DNA of 63,012 nucleotides, filler included, from Perkinsus chesapeaki ATCC PRA-425 (GCA_013115145.1; 3 parts of 3 records of this genome joined end to end with filler, not necessarily neighbours in it), one strand, 5' to 3'. Shown: positions 22,601 to 35,150, counted from the whole stretch's first letter. Made by a program: numbers and translations. Notes: generated by a model not told the origin, from the sequence alone.

Positions 22601-25600
22601 AGTGCATATTTGTATTCGTGAAAATATTAGTGTGTGACGCGAAAACGATATTAATATCAATTCGTTAATAAATAGTAGTAGTGATGAAGGAGTTGTAAAT
22701 CCACAACACTGCTCCTGCTGCTGCTGCTCCTGCTTCGCGATTGTTGAACAGACTCCATCTCCTCGTGGCCTACCTTGGTGGGGCACATGGCGTCTACCGG
22801 GAGTCTTGAAAAGCAGCAGCCTTTTTGTAGATTGCAGTTCCACAGGTCTTTTTTGAGCTCTTTTACTATTACTAGCGGTACTGTATCTGGTATAAGTTTA
22901 GATTGCATTCATTATTGGAATGTAATAATATATAGTTAATGGGTAATATCTGTATTAAGATCCATTTCATAGCCATACCGATATAGTCTACATGGTAATA
23001 AATATTTTTATATAATTGAATAGAATCATAGTAAATATGATAATCTTATTAATTAATATATACTTATAGCTTATATGCTGATCTAGTCTGGACCCTTTCT
23101 TCCTCCCTTAGACTTGATCCTGCCGATGGTGGTCGAGTGGTGTATCAACGGCTCAATACAGCTGTTATCCAAGCTCCAATGGGCGGAAGGAAGAATGCCG
23201 GGGGGCCGAAGAGCGAGGCACAGTTTACGGAGAGGCTTCAATTCTTAAGGGAAGGTGAGGAGATCATCCGACCTTTAGTGTGTTGCGATAGTCATGGCGT
23301 CGTCGTCGCCTCACGGGAATGTGTGTATGGGGGATTGGAAATGATAAATCGGGGTGTGAATTCCGGAGGTGTGGATGAGGATCCTATACAGACAAGTGCA
23401 TCCTCCTTTCTGGGACTGATAAATCCAATTTATATAGGAATGCAATCCTTGGAGATCGTAAAGTGTTCCAAACTTCGAGGAGATACCACGGAGGTTTTGC
23501 TACAAGATACGTTCCCAGGTTGAAGGAGAATGTTGAATGCCTTCCTTTTGGGAACGAGTACACCTCGTTGGAGCCTACCCGAGTCGTTTATTGTTGAGCT
23601 CGAAATAGGGTAGCGAACATTAGGACGATTACTGGCTTGCTGGTCGATGCTCATGAGAATGGAGGAGTGTTGGTGGTGGGGCGGCGAAATAATGTATTCT
23701 TGATAATTACATTCATCATCATTTATAAAAATCCTATATATTTTCTTGTATTTAATCAATCACATCATCCTTCGTATACTTTCATAGGTCATAAATAGGG
23801 AACAGATTTTCGATGAAAGAACGGACATCTGCTCCCGTTCACTCTTATGGCCGCCCCATGGGTTTGCGTCTTCCGTCTTTCCCTCCGAAGTCAACATTGC
23901 CTTTTCAGTGATGGACCTCTCGAGCTGCTCCTCGGTTCCAGAAGTATGCCAATGGCTGGCGTTCCTCATCCTGGACGCACCTGTATCGTCGGTGGCGGTC
24001 CATAATGAGGTGCGGTGGGATTGGGGACCTTCCAATTGACCCGTAGGCTTCAGGTTTCCTGTGTGGATCTGGCTGATAGCATACTAAGATTGCCGGAAGA
24101 TTCGACGGAGGTTGGTTTGATAACAAGGTAAGGAACTGCGCTGGGGTTGTCACAAGATCGACGGCTTTTCCGGGAGTGGGGCAAATTCGTAAAATGATTG
24201 AGAAATCCGAGCCGCCGATGGTCGTCGCGATTCCGGCCGCCCAAGACGCTCCTTACGGCGCGGTATGATGTGGAACGTGAATCTGTGATTGACCATGATT
24301 ATCATTATTACCTGTATTATTCTCAACGGTTGTCGCAGAGGGTATCATCGGTTAATGATGATGCTGCGGGAGCAGAGACTGCTATAACATCGGGGATTGA
24401 AATGAGTTGCTTGTGGTGGGGACTCTTGCCTATCCTTCGATATGTGAGCACGTACACAGCTCCAATGGAGCTGTCATCAATGGAGATTAAGATCTTGGAT
24501 CAAATACGAGATCAATGGAGCTCTCCATTAGCGACCTCTCAATGCTACTATCTCTATCTTATCTCTTCTTATCGGTTAATTCACCACTTCCAGCAACGAG
24601 ACTGTTGTAATATGCACAGGAGTTGTTGTCACCGCCGATGTATCCACGTCTGAGACAGTTCAGGAAGGGCCACCAAAGTCAATGGATGGATAATAAATAT
24701 CGCAGATTCGCTTCATGTTAAACCTGTTAAAAGGTGCAGATGCTAAGTTGAAATCAGTAATCACTCTGCAATCATTACACTGAAATTTTTCCTGCTCCAC
24801 GGAAGATTCTACGTCGCAATCGCCTAAGGAAAATGCAGGGTTCTTGTCCATCAAAGATCCCCGATCTCTCCAACCCTCTCTATCAGGTATCTTCCTCTTC
24901 TCTCCCAAGCCTCTAGTCAGCGAATTCGTGACGCCTCTGTCTCCATACAGTACCTCATACACGCTCACTCGACCAACGGAGATCGTCATCGAGCTGGTCT
25001 GGATAGCCTACGGTTGATGGTGCAATTGCTGGGCAACCCGAAGGTGGCTGTTCGAGGCGCGGCTGCAAGGGCGACAGGTGAGGAGGCTTGGAAGTGACAA
25101 CTTTTGCATGTCGTCACAAAAATCGATTTTCCTTGTTGATTGCATCGAACTGGAATAGTCAGAAGGAAGTGAATCTTAACCTGTAGATAGTCCAATAATA
25201 ATCGGTCACATAAGGTTCGGGCAGTGTCGATCGCCGAAGATATCATCACCGATTTTCGCAGTTATTTTTGGTTGTCTCAGGCATGGTTTTGAGGGAGCAA
25301 AGTTCAAGTTTGAAATGGAGCGATATTAGTGGCATCTACCAGGACATCTGGAACGCCACTGTCCGCCTTATGGATGACAGGGACCAACGGATCAGCACTG
25401 ATGTGATGGACGCTCCCCTGTGGCGCCGCCGAATACAGGTGTTTCGATCAGGTCGGGACCTTGGGCCGGATACTCAAGTCTACGACGGTGAGGATGTGCC
25501 ATGAATGCCCCGATGAATCTTTGCCCGTTATTCTGCCGGCTCTTTACCACACCTTTGATGTGTATAAATTCGCCCAGCCAATGTGTTTGGAGGTAGGCAT

Positions 25601-27456
25601 TGTTTCTCACTTGCTTCGTTCGTGTTTTCGGTTTAAAATGTCCCTCTCTTTTTTAATGTTTTTAATATTTTGACTCTTTCTATCTTGTCTATCTATGAAG
25701 TTGCCTCCTGTGTATGTTGGCGAGATCCTTGTAATTTCTTGTTGATCCTCTGGTCTGTCACGGCTCAGCCGACTCGGTTACGGGCTGGAAAAAGGATAAG
25801 ACTATATAAAAGGATAAGAGTCTTATCCTTTTTCAGTCTTATCATAAGACTATATAAAACGAATCAGAGGAGTAGAGAGAAGTCCAATTCCTCACCTTAT
25901 TAGGGGCGACAAGCTAGAACTGCGTTATATCGCATTTTTCTCGCTGTACCCTCCGAAACTGTGACAACTTCCAACCGCTTTCTGGTCAGATTCTCACTTC
26001 GGTCATCGACAGCAATCCGGGCACGAGGAAATCTGACGAGCTGCTCCTGACACTCGTGGCCCCGATGCTCTTGACGGCGTTGAGCGCCACCGAACCTGAA
26101 GCATTCTCCTACGTTCAAATGCATGTATCTGCCAGCGACTCTCAGAAGGCTTTGGAGTTTGAAAGCGCTCGAGCTAGAGCGGCGGTGAACGACTCGCCCG
26201 TGGGTCGATTGCTGAGGAGACTGGTGCCGTGCGCAACTACAGAGGCGATGCTCAAGACTTATCCGACCATGAGGGACCTGGCTTTGAGAGGCACGGGTTC
26301 GAATACCAGGGTCGGCGTTTGTGAGTTTTGGAATTGGTGTGCGAGTGAGCGGTCGAGTATTATGTCCGATGAGCTCATTAAGAAAATAATAAACTGCTTG
26401 GGGTCGCTCTTGGGGAGCGGAAATGCTGTGGTGAGAGTTTCGGCCGCGCAGTGCTTGTGCACGATGGCAAGGATGCCGGGGGCGGACCAGGCCGATGTCG
26501 ACTGGGCGGTCGGGAGAGCCACGAAATACGGCGACATTATGGGGATGCTTGTCAGAAGGCTCGGAGACTTACTCAGCGAGAATGTTAAGGCTGAAATCGT
26601 CGGGAAGGCATTCGTGAGACGAAATTTGCCGACGCAGAATGGAGGGGGCAATCAGTGGGAGGACATGTGGACAGAATTATGCCCGAATTCGAAGAGAGCA
26701 GTTGTCGTGTACCAAAGCGAGATCATCCAAGAGCTTTGTGAGACGCTCGAGGGGGAGCAGCGCCGGGATGTCAGGGTCGCTGCGGCCCAGGCGGCCACGA
26801 GCTTTTGCCGACTTGTCCAGGACAGCGGAGCGAAGGTGGAGAAAAACGTTTTTAGTAAATTGGAGGGCAGTCTGCTGTCAGCGATGCACAACAGCACTGT
26901 ATTTCCTGGCGCGTGCCGTTTTTTGGAGGCATATTGTGAGGTTGTCGTGATAACCGGAGTTGGTCGGGAAAGAAATGTCGTTGAGGAATCGATCACTTAT
27001 ATGGTTCGAGGAGACGCCGAACACAAAGTCGGATGCGCCAAGGCGTTGACAAGGCTCTTGGAGCGCGGACGAAGTTGGGCCGCAGCTGATCCGGAGGGGG
27101 TCATCCGGGGCGCGCAAGAAATTTTAAATTTTGCGGATACGACGGAGACGAGCGGGATGGGGAAGGCGTTTTCGACATATCACAAATTGGTTATTGCCGC
27201 TTTGGATCTGTGGGTTGCTGTGGGTTTGAAGATCAATCAACTGGGCGCGCGCTGGATGCACGAATGGGAGAATGGCAGTCTTGCTATTAGAGTCTATCTG
27301 TGTCGGATATTACCTCGGATGGTTGCAGCCGCTGGAGAAGTGGAGGGGATAGAGGGATGTGTTGAGGTGGTGAGAGAGCGAGCGAGTGATGAGGATGAGG
27401 TCTCCAAGATGAGAACAGCGGCGAGGAGCGCTGTGCAAGGTGAGGGGAGGGGTTAG
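19604..27456 (+). CDS. ECM29: Proteasome adapter and scaffold protein ECM29 (HEAT repeats), multi-exon
   Basis: Exon 1 (19604-19699) EYDRVLLRLASTNDAKLQP splices to VIDRLLPMVL...KILEIVNHILLRLR, the ECM29 N-terminus. Later segments IWNATVRLMDD, LLTALSATEPEAFSY, ESARARAAVNDSP and RGTGSNTRVGVCEF match ECM29. Middle exons and the last junction are only partly resolved. Confidence 0.85.
22553..22598 (+). repeat. tRNA-like element in an ECM29 intron, just after a GTAAGA donor
   Basis: GATGGTCAAGGGG (A-box-like)...GCGTGGGTTCGAACCC (T-arm/B-box). Confidence 0.6.
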
Positions 27457-28464
27457 AGCAGCAGGAAGCCATAATTGCTGTATGATGTACTTGCTCGTAA
27501 TTGAGGACCGTTTCAATCCGCAGGGTGAGAGGATGATGTCCGCAGCCGGAATGTACTAGGTGTAGCTTCTTCGACTGCCAGTGAATCACGTATCAGTCTA
27601 GAGTAGAAGCTTCATAATATATTCGCCCGAGGAACGCTGGCCGGCCGGGGCGAGCGTTCCGATTTGAGGAACACCCGTTTATGAGGCCTGATGGGGTATA
27701 CGTAAAGATGGATTTTTAGGAATCATTAAACTTCAGTCGTGTATCCAATAGAATAGTAAAATATATAAATAATAACAACATACTCCTCTCATTCTCCCAA
27801 TACAACACTGGCTGCTGCTGCTGCTGGCTGACTGGTGAAAGGAGTGTTGCCTGAGAAATTATACAAACATTTCGGTAGACTACCAGAATTCTGCAAAGCT
27901 TCTACCAGGTATATTGCCGTGAGTCTTGGGTGGTTTACTATCACATACAGTGTAATTGAACACGTATTTCTGTGTGAAGTCTACGTGGTCGGATTTGAGT
28001 TGCCTGTTTGAGTTGCTCATACCATTGTGTCAGAGATCTCCCAGCAAGAATCGGGACAGACATCCGATGGTGACGTGGAGATGAAAACCTACTAACGACA
28101 CCCTCGATGAGGAAGGGCAAGTCGGAGATGGATGACAGTTTTACTCAACATTATATTATTATAAACACTCTACCGTTGTTGTTGTTACTGTGAGAATTAG
28201 GTTTCTTATTCTGACTCTTGCGTGGAAAAAACGGTATGAAAAGTGATCAATTGTGCAATCTGTCCCCCTTTGAGGAATCCTGCGGCATGATTCCTGCCTG
28301 TGCACCTCCTCGATGACCATCTGTGAATGGCGTATAACACGTACACTGAAAAATGCCTTGGACAAGAGAATATTGTCTGGTGCGTTTGAAGGGCGCGGAT
28401 GAATTATGAGAAAAGGTTTCCATAATTTTGACCAGTTATATTTCTGGAAATTTCTACATTCACT

Positions 28465-29588
28465 ATGCCAGATCACACTAATGAAAGTTCATCAGCAGCC
28501 GTGAGCAAGGACGAGGCCGAGCCCTATTTTTCGATGGGCCCGGACACTTTGAAAATACTTCTGTCGATGCATAGAGACCACAGGGAGAAGCTGGCTGAAG
28601 CAATGTTGAAGGGCAAACTTGCACCGGAAGGTACGTGCTTCATACCGTATTTTCCTTTTTGTAGAGTATTTTGAGGGTATACCTCGCCAACTCTGGCTCT
28701 ATTCCGCGTCTGATTCAATCGACGTGTTTCGTACCGTACTGACCTCCCAGTTTATTACGCCAAAGGCTGCTTCAGGCTATGGTAGCGTTGCACATGGCCA
28801 ATTGGGTCAATTTTCCGTTTTTCCCCGAAAATTTCCGTTTTCCAGTTTTTTTTCAGTGCAAGGGCTACCGTGGCTACACTTATATAATCGGGTCGCACAT
28901 TAGACGGAATATTCCCGCCGAGTTCGACTCTCGGCCGTGCAGTGTTGGGGCACACTAGGACACATGCATCGAGGGCAGGGGGGGGGCGTTGGGCGAGTTT
29001 CAGCCGGAGATAGATATCCTTGCATAAACATGCTCGGGAAAAAACCGGCGATCATACGCTCCGGCCCGCAATTAGATAGTCGTGCTTTATCTACGTTTTC
29101 CTTATTATTTAGGTACCGTTATCTTCCTCCGTGGTGGTGCCCTGCAGTCCGTTTATGACTCGGATACAGATTGGGACTTCAAGCAAGAATCTTACTTCCA
29201 GTAAGGGCAACGCCCATCTGAAGTTGCTTATAGTATGACCGTTTCAGATACCTTTTTGGTGTCAAGGAGCCTGGCTGCCTTGCTACTATCCAACTTGATT
29301 CCTCTGCTCCTCGTATGCACAAGTAAGAATTAGTCTAGGAAACCCCTTTCGTTTTATTTGTTGCTGAGGATTATCGAAATTTCCGAAAATTTCTGTGAAA
29401 TTTCCCACTTATATCGGAAATTTCCCTTTTTTTTTCGGAAATTTTCCTTTTTTTTCGGAAATTTTCCACTTTTTCAATTAGTTTTTTGTATCATCGTTTC
29501 TCAGATCTACTCTCTACATCCCTCGCTTCGACTCGACATACGCCACGTGGATGGGACCAATCAAACCCGAGAGCTGGTTCCAATCGAA
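28465..29588 (+). CDS. PEPD: Xaa-Pro dipeptidase (prolidase), first four exons; the remainder is lost in the assembly gap
   Basis: Exons 28465-28630, 29113-29200, 29248-29322 and 29505-29588 give PYFSMGPDTLK...GTVIFLRGG...DWDFKQESYFQYLFGVKEPGC...STLYIPRFDSTYATWMGPI, the prolidase N-terminal domain. Confidence 0.9.
28917..28935 (+). repeat. tRNA T-arm-like stem-loop in prolidase intron 1
   Basis: GCCGAG-TTCGACT-CTCGGC: perfect stem with a TTCGA loop. Confidence 0.5.
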
Positions 29589-29669
29589 GTAGGCGCCAGA
29601 GGCGCCGCATTTTTGGTCCTTGTGTGATTGGGCCGCCCGGCGTCCCTAATATTGGGCCGTGACCCTCGG

Positions 29670-29769
29670 NNNNNNNNNNNNNNNNNNNNNNNNNNNNNNN
29701 NNNNNNNNNNNNNTTAATTAATTAANNNNNNNNNNNNNNNNNNNNNNNNNNNNNNNNNNNNNNNNNNNN
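29670..29769. other. Assembly gap with TTAATTAATTAA linker (29714-29725)
   Basis: N runs flanking a six-frame-stop linker; an identical structure occurs at 61274-61373. Confidence 0.97.
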
Positions 29770-30209
29770 TTGGTTGGGCGATGCTGATTGTACAAGACGA
29801 CGCCTCTCAAGGACAAGCCCATTCTTCCGATCTGGCTTGGATTGATATTACGGCGCATGTTTGCCGGATCCTTTCTTTATCTATTCAATTCAACTGGTTT
29901 GCTGCTTCTGCTGTTGACCAAGCTATCCGGCAGAAGATAGAAGCCTCGGAATCCATGGGTTTGGGATCTCTGAGTGACTTTTACAGTAAGTCTGATTTGG
30001 TCTCTGAAGTCATTTTGTCCGCACTTACAGCATACAGTTTTAGTGACCACCCGAGTCGTTTCGACAAAAAGAGAGGTCGTGCGACCGGAAATGATACTGT
30101 TGGTCCTAATCGAGATAGCAAAAAGGCTAGCCCTTCTAAGCCGAATAATGGCCCAGAACGATCAGGCCGTGATATAGGTCGAGGTCCTCTCGCTAATACT
30201 CATTTGTAG
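29770..30209 (+). CDS. C-terminal part of the gag-like ORF1 of the YR retrotransposon
   Basis: Open from the gap; FNWFAASAVDQAIRQKI resembles the W...YD..FR.K segment of DIRS-type gag proteins. Confidence 0.5.
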
Positions 30210-30394
30210 GCTCCCTATTCATGGGAGTCTCCGAATGGGATGTTAAGCTTTTTCCTTCCGTGGTCTGTTGACTCGTCCTTCGCGTTCAGTCTCTTCTCAT
30301 GGGACTCGGTGCGTCTTATTGTTAGACTTTAAGCTTATTTGACTAACTCGATGATCACCATAGGTTATTTCGGAGTTTCCCCCCTTTTCCAAAC

Positions 30395-32557
30395 ATGTCT
30401 GCAGCCTCGTTGAACGTAGCATCAGACCCTGTCCGTTATGTCGACGGTCTAAGCTTGCTGTCTTCATCTGCTTTGGTCCCCTCCCCCCAGTTATCTCGCC
30501 CCTTTCGCAGCGGTATGGGACTCGATTTTCCGCCTCCCGGTTCACGTTTCCCTGACCCATCGGTGGATCAACAGGTTGTTATCAAGGCCTTTGATTGCTG
30601 CTGCGAGAAGTGGGGTTTGTATGACCTGGTTGGCCACGCTGACCTTTCTTCTGATGGCCATTTGTCCGACGACTGCGTCCAAGAATTTTCTGATAAGTTT
30701 AACGAAGCGGCCATTGATCTTCGTGCCACCCTATGCTCTTTGTTTGGTTGCGTAGATAGGCCCAGTGGCAGTGGTTCTCCTATCAGAGCCCCTCTGTGGA
30801 TTGCCTTGATCCGGTTGTTTAAGGATGATCTCAGCGATTCCTCTCTGGCAGGCATGCTAGATAGAGAGTTTCCCACTGGGATTGTTCACCCTATACCATT
30901 GGCGGGGAACCTACCGCCTTTTGTTATCCCGGCCTCTCGTCTGAGACGGGAACCGCACGACTTGAGATCTGCTTTCTCTAACTACTTGAGTGCTCAGAGG
31001 GTGCCCACGGTCCTGCGAGATTATGTTGAGCATGAGGTTAAGCTGGGCAGAATGGTGTATCTAGATCCGACTGCTGATTCCCTCGAAGATTGCACCGTTG
31101 TTCGGGTGGCCGCTATAGCCAAGTCCAATACTGATCCCTCGGCCTACAGATTGGTGGAGGACTATCGATCAGCCGGCGTAAATCGCCGAATTAGCACAGC
31201 CATGTGCCCTGAATCTATAAGCCTACCCGGCCTGACTGACCTCAAGACGATTCTGCGAAGGATTGCTGAAAGCCCTATCGACTATCTTGGTTGTTCGCTC
31301 GACTTTAAGGATGCATATCGGCATATAGTCGTGTCCAGAGACGAGCGACAATATATGTGTGTACGGGTTCCTGGGACAGAGGGGGAATGTCATGTCATTG
31401 CCCAACATGTATGCCTCCCCTTCGGCTTACGCTCGGCAGGCCTTCTCTGGGTGAGGCTTGCTTCTTCGTGGGCCCGTCTATGTTTCCGTATGTTTGACAA
31501 TGATCCCGACGCCCAGCTAATGGGCTTCCTGTACATCGACGATTGTACCCTTTTCATTCCGTCAAGATGCTTCTCTGTAGTCTCAGCTCGCGCTATGCTT
31601 CTAGCGTCTGCACTAGGTCTGCGCCTGAATTGGCGTAAGACTGTACTATTCGCCTCTCAGTGGAGAGTTCTGGGTTATTCTGTGCACATGGGTCCGCCCA
31701 TCCATATTGGTGTTCCTCAGCTGAAAGCAGATGCTATTGCAGAGGAAATTCGAGCTCTTCTTCAAGCCCAATCAGCCTCTTGTTCGACCATTCGTAGGAT
31801 CACTGGTAGACTAACTTGGGCGGCACAAGCCTTGGCTCTTCTTCGTCCGTATTTGGCGAGGCTTCACGGACTTCTCGGTTACGCCGAACGTCATCATTTG
31901 AAGGGTGACCTTCAAGTCGGCAAACAGCTCAAGGCCGACCTTCGTATTTGGCTAGCGGCTATGGGGCAAGCATGTGTCCCCATTTTTGCAACTCCTGTAG
32001 TCAGGCCTCCTGTCGTGGTAGCATGCGACGCTAGCATTCAAGCTCTTGGTGGTGTCGTCAGGATTCCATCGACTAGTGGTTGCTCTCCTCAAGTTTTCTA
32101 TTTCCAACTAAAGACTAGGGACCTTCCAGGCGGCATTCGTCGCTACCTTCTACGAGGCCGGTCTGCAGCATCCCGGGACATGACTGTCCTTGAGCTACTG
32201 TCAGCCGGAATGGGGATAACTTTATCCTCTTTAAGGTGCTCCCCTGCCTTCAATAGGCATAGTAGACTTACGATCTTCTGCGACTCTTCTCCAGCGGCTC
32301 ATGCTCTGTCTAGGTGCTATTCATCTAAGAAGAGGATGTGCTCTGTTTTAAGATCCATTGCTCTCATCTTAACAGAGTCCGGCAGACTATTTGATAGTCT
32401 GGACGTCAGGCGATTGAAGAGTGAAGAAAACTTCATAGCTGACGCAATTAGCCGATTAAGTTTCTCTCCCCCGGAGCAATGGGTAGAAGTTGACCCGTTT
32501 ATCTTGTTGGATAGCTTGTTCGGCGAAGGAGGTTCTAATTTGGTGAATCTCTCGTGA
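30395..32557 (+). CDS. Reverse transcriptase / RNase H (DIRS-type), 720 aa, uninterrupted
   Basis: LDFKDAYRHI, LPFGLRSA, YIDD; RNase H acidic residues in CDAS, VLELL, FCDS and NFIADAISR. Confidence 0.92.
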   Translation: MSAASLNVASDPVRYVDGLSLLSSSALVPSPQLSRPFRSGMGLDFPPPGSRFPDPSVDQQVVIKAFDCCCEKWGLYDLVGHADLSSDGHLSDDCVQEFSDKFNEAAIDLRATLCSLFGCVDRPSGSGSPIRAPLWIALIRLFKDDLSDSSLAGMLDREFPTGIVHPIPLAGNLPPFVIPASRLRREPHDLRSAFSNYLSAQRVPTVLRDYVEHEVKLGRMVYLDPTADSLEDCTVVRVAAIAKSNTDPSAYRLVEDYRSAGVNRRISTAMCPESISLPGLTDLKTILRRIAESPIDYLGCSLDFKDAYRHIVVSRDERQYMCVRVPGTEGECHVIAQHVCLPFGLRSAGLLWVRLASSWARLCFRMFDNDPDAQLMGFLYIDDCTLFIPSRCFSVVSARAMLLASALGLRLNWRKTVLFASQWRVLGYSVHMGPPIHIGVPQLKADAIAEEIRALLQAQSASCSTIRRITGRLTWAAQALALLRPYLARLHGLLGYAERHHLKGDLQVGKQLKADLRIWLAAMGQACVPIFATPVVRPPVVVACDASIQALGGVVRIPSTSGCSPQVFYFQLKTRDLPGGIRRYLLRGRSAASRDMTVLELLSAGMGITLSSLRCSPAFNRHSRLTIFCDSSPAAHALSRCYSSKKRMCSVLRSIALILTESGRLFDSLDVRRLKSEENFIADAISRLSFSPPEQWVEVDPFILLDSLFGEGGSNLVNLS

Positions 32558-32932
32558 CTACTAGTTATAGGTTTAGTACCTCGCACAGTAGACTCTTATA
32601 GCAGGAGTACTCGTGGACGGACTCATTACTAACGAGTCAGCGGGGCTTATCCAGGATAAGTTATCCTCTTTCATGGTTCTTGTGCAGTGTTCGAGTTGCT
32701 TCCGTTAATGCCATACCCTGGGAAGCCGACAACGAAGCGGGCTCGAACATCGCAGTGTGGTTGGATGCCGATACATGGCATATGGAAACCCCTACGAGCT
32801 CCGAGTATCACACCATCGTCATCGCATCCTCTGCGAGCGGACAATTGTAAGGATCAGACCTTCAAGACCGGTAAGGGCGTACCAGCCAGCACAGACCAAC
32901 TGGCCCTTCGGAGGTCGGGCAGGAGTTCACAC

Positions 32933-33898
32933 ATGTCGAAGAGTCTGGTTATGCAGAAGGCAGCTGCCAAGGCCACAGATGAAGATCTAAGCCAGTTTGT
33001 CGCCAGTGCTCACTCTTTATCAACTGTAAAACAGAAGTCGGCTGCTTGGAATTCTTTCAAAAAGTGCATTAGTGCAGCGGGAAGAAAACCTGGTGGCCGG
33101 GGAGTAGATGATTTTATATTATGGATACACTCTATGACTAAAAGTGAATATAAATATTCAACGATATATAATTATGTGGGTCATGTGAGAAGAAGATTCG
33201 AGGATGTAACGGGCAGTCCTTTCCAGGCGGCGCATAATAAGATCCTGGATTTGTCCCTCAGAGCTGCCCGAAAGATAGTTGGCGACGAAGGGCCGTTAAA
33301 AGCCATTACGTTAAATAAAGATGAAATTATCTCAGTGGCCAAGCTTCTATCTGAAGAATGTGCGGACATTATGTTAGCAGGCATCATCGGCATGTGCCGC
33401 TGCTCGGAGTTATTTGATTTGTATGCTGGCGATGTAATGGTTACGGATTTTGGCATTCAGCTCAGGATCGTGAAGTCTAAGACTGACCAATACCGAACGG
33501 GCCATTGGGTGCGAATAGGATGTATTGGCTCACGCGATCAGATGGGTTCCGGTTGCGGAGAAGCTTGGTGCATAGCGCACCGATTGTTACTACGAGCGTA
33601 TCAGTTAGAAGCACCGGATTGCAAGCTCTTTACGGTTACCCGGAACCAATTCGCTGAATCGCTTCGGGATTCGGTTATCCAGGTTACATCATGTCCCGCT
33701 GAGCGAGCCACCTCCCATCTAATGAGGCGTAGCGGAGCGGTTCTGTACTTTCGCGCCAATACTCCATTACCGACTATAGCAGAACTAGGGAGGTGGAAGG
33801 ACGCGGCTTGTCTCGAAGGCTACCTCCGAGACGCTGGTGATGCTTGTTCTTATTTGTCTTCCTTAACAGTTAAGGTTTGGTCGGCAGTCGCTAATTGA
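32933..33898 (+). CDS. Tyrosine recombinase of the retrotransposon (frame open from 32687; likely ATG at 32933)
   Basis: Catalytic signature R (GMCRCSEL), K (KSKTD), HxxR (HLMRRSGA), W (GRWKD), Y (LEGYL). Confidence 0.9.
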   Translation: MSKSLVMQKAAAKATDEDLSQFVASAHSLSTVKQKSAAWNSFKKCISAAGRKPGGRGVDDFILWIHSMTKSEYKYSTIYNYVGHVRRRFEDVTGSPFQAAHNKILDLSLRAARKIVGDEGPLKAITLNKDEIISVAKLLSEECADIMLAGIIGMCRCSELFDLYAGDVMVTDFGIQLRIVKSKTDQYRTGHWVRIGCIGSRDQMGSGCGEAWCIAHRLLLRAYQLEAPDCKLFTVTRNQFAESLRDSVIQVTSCPAERATSHLMRRSGAVLYFRANTPLPTIAELGRWKDAACLEGYLRDAGDACSYLSSLTVKVWSAVAN

Positions 33899-34046
33899 AC
33901 GACCACTTTTCGCATTATGACCACTCCATTTATTGCTGTGCATACTCAAGTTATTGCAGCGTAGCAACTGAAGTGAAGGGCGTTGGATGTTTCTGACTCC
34001 GATTTGTCTTGTGTTCCATTCCAGTGCGGCAAGTCTGGGAGGAGTA

Positions 34047-34569
34047 CGGGGAGAGCATGTCACCTGCCCATTCTGCCTACTCGCAGATATGGAACAGCTT
34101 GCATGCTTGGTTGACACGATCCAGTGCCACGGGGTGTAACAGTGTCCTCGCGGCAACCGTATTCGTGCCAACCCTCCTCCCAGTCCCCCGCATCTACGGT
34201 TTTATTCTAAGTTAAATACGAAGGATTCTACGGGGGTAAAACCTCTTGCGTGGGGACATCCTTTGTGTGCGGTCGTTGATAAGCTCGTACACTACTCAAC
34301 ACAATCCCCCCTACGCTATGCTGTCCCTCCTCCGCTGCACGTGTAAGGCCGGCGGCGGGAGTCACAAGGTCTGGCTTTGGCCGACAATTTTTTTTTCTCT
34401 TTACCAAGGTGCGGGGAGAGCATGTCACCTGCCCATTCTGCCTACTCGCAGATATGGAACAGCTTGCATGCTTGGTTGACACGATCCAGTGCCACGGGGT
34501 GTAACAGTGTCCTCGCGGCAACCGTATTCGTGCCAACCCTCCTCCCAGTCCCCCGCATCTACGGTTTTA
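34047..34569 (+). repeat. Split direct repeats: 158-bp B1 (34047-34204) and B2 (34412-34569)
   Basis: Both copies run CGGGGAGAGCATGTCACC...CATCTACGGTTTTA and appear identical on reading. Confidence 0.95.
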
Positions 34570-35150
34570 GTGGTATTCAAACAACGCACTGACGCGCGGG
34601 AAGAAGAGACGCGCAAGACTCTGTGAGAGTGAAAACTAGATGATTCGAATAGCAATGTACACACGAACCACAGCGCGTGACGCGAGAGTGGAGAAATGTC
34701 TAGTAGACATTGTCTACTTCTCACGGATGACAGATTACAGAAACAGATGCGGAGTGTTAGGATACTGAAACACACTTGGAGATCCCTTCGGTCCTGTACA
34801 TCCTTCCGTCTATAGGAAATTCACTTTGAATGAGAATAGTGTGTTTCAGTGAGCAACAATGAGCTCGAGTTTCGGGCCTCGAGGGAGGAACTATGCGGTA
34901 CTGCGATGGACAGATTTAGAAATAACTGCTTTGATACTTAATTCATCATTAAGTATCATGAAAGTTGTAAACATGGCATGCTAGAGTTTGTAGTAAGTAG
35001 AGCTATATAGCACTCTGTACAAGGTAGTCATATCGATACAGCGAAGAAGTCGGGACTAAAGAAAACTGCCCCGGCTCCATGTTGCCCTCAAAGCAATGCC
35101 CTGGTGCCTAATGCCAGCGCTCGCACGTCTTTGCTATGGTAGCTGCAGGC

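Larger units (their letters stand above)
29770..34569 (+). mobile_element. Tyrosine-recombinase retrotransposon (DIRS order; Ngaro/PAT-like split-direct-repeat type); 5' end lies in the gap
   Basis: Gag-like ORF, RT/RNase H ORF, tyrosine recombinase ORF, then two identical 158-bp repeats separated by 207 bp (B1-A2-B2 layout). Confidence 0.9.

Noticed and set aside
25785-25836. Imperfect inverted/direct AAAAGGATAAGAC repeat in an ECM29 intron
   Set aside because: Short AT-rich local duplication with no other copies seen.
29670-29769. TTAATTAATTAA between N runs (also 61274-61373)
   Set aside because: Assembly linker with stops in all six frames; not biological.
29589-34569. Retrotransposon inserted into a prolidase intron
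   Set aside because: A gap separates them and no prolidase exons resume after 34569, so the relationship cannot be established.
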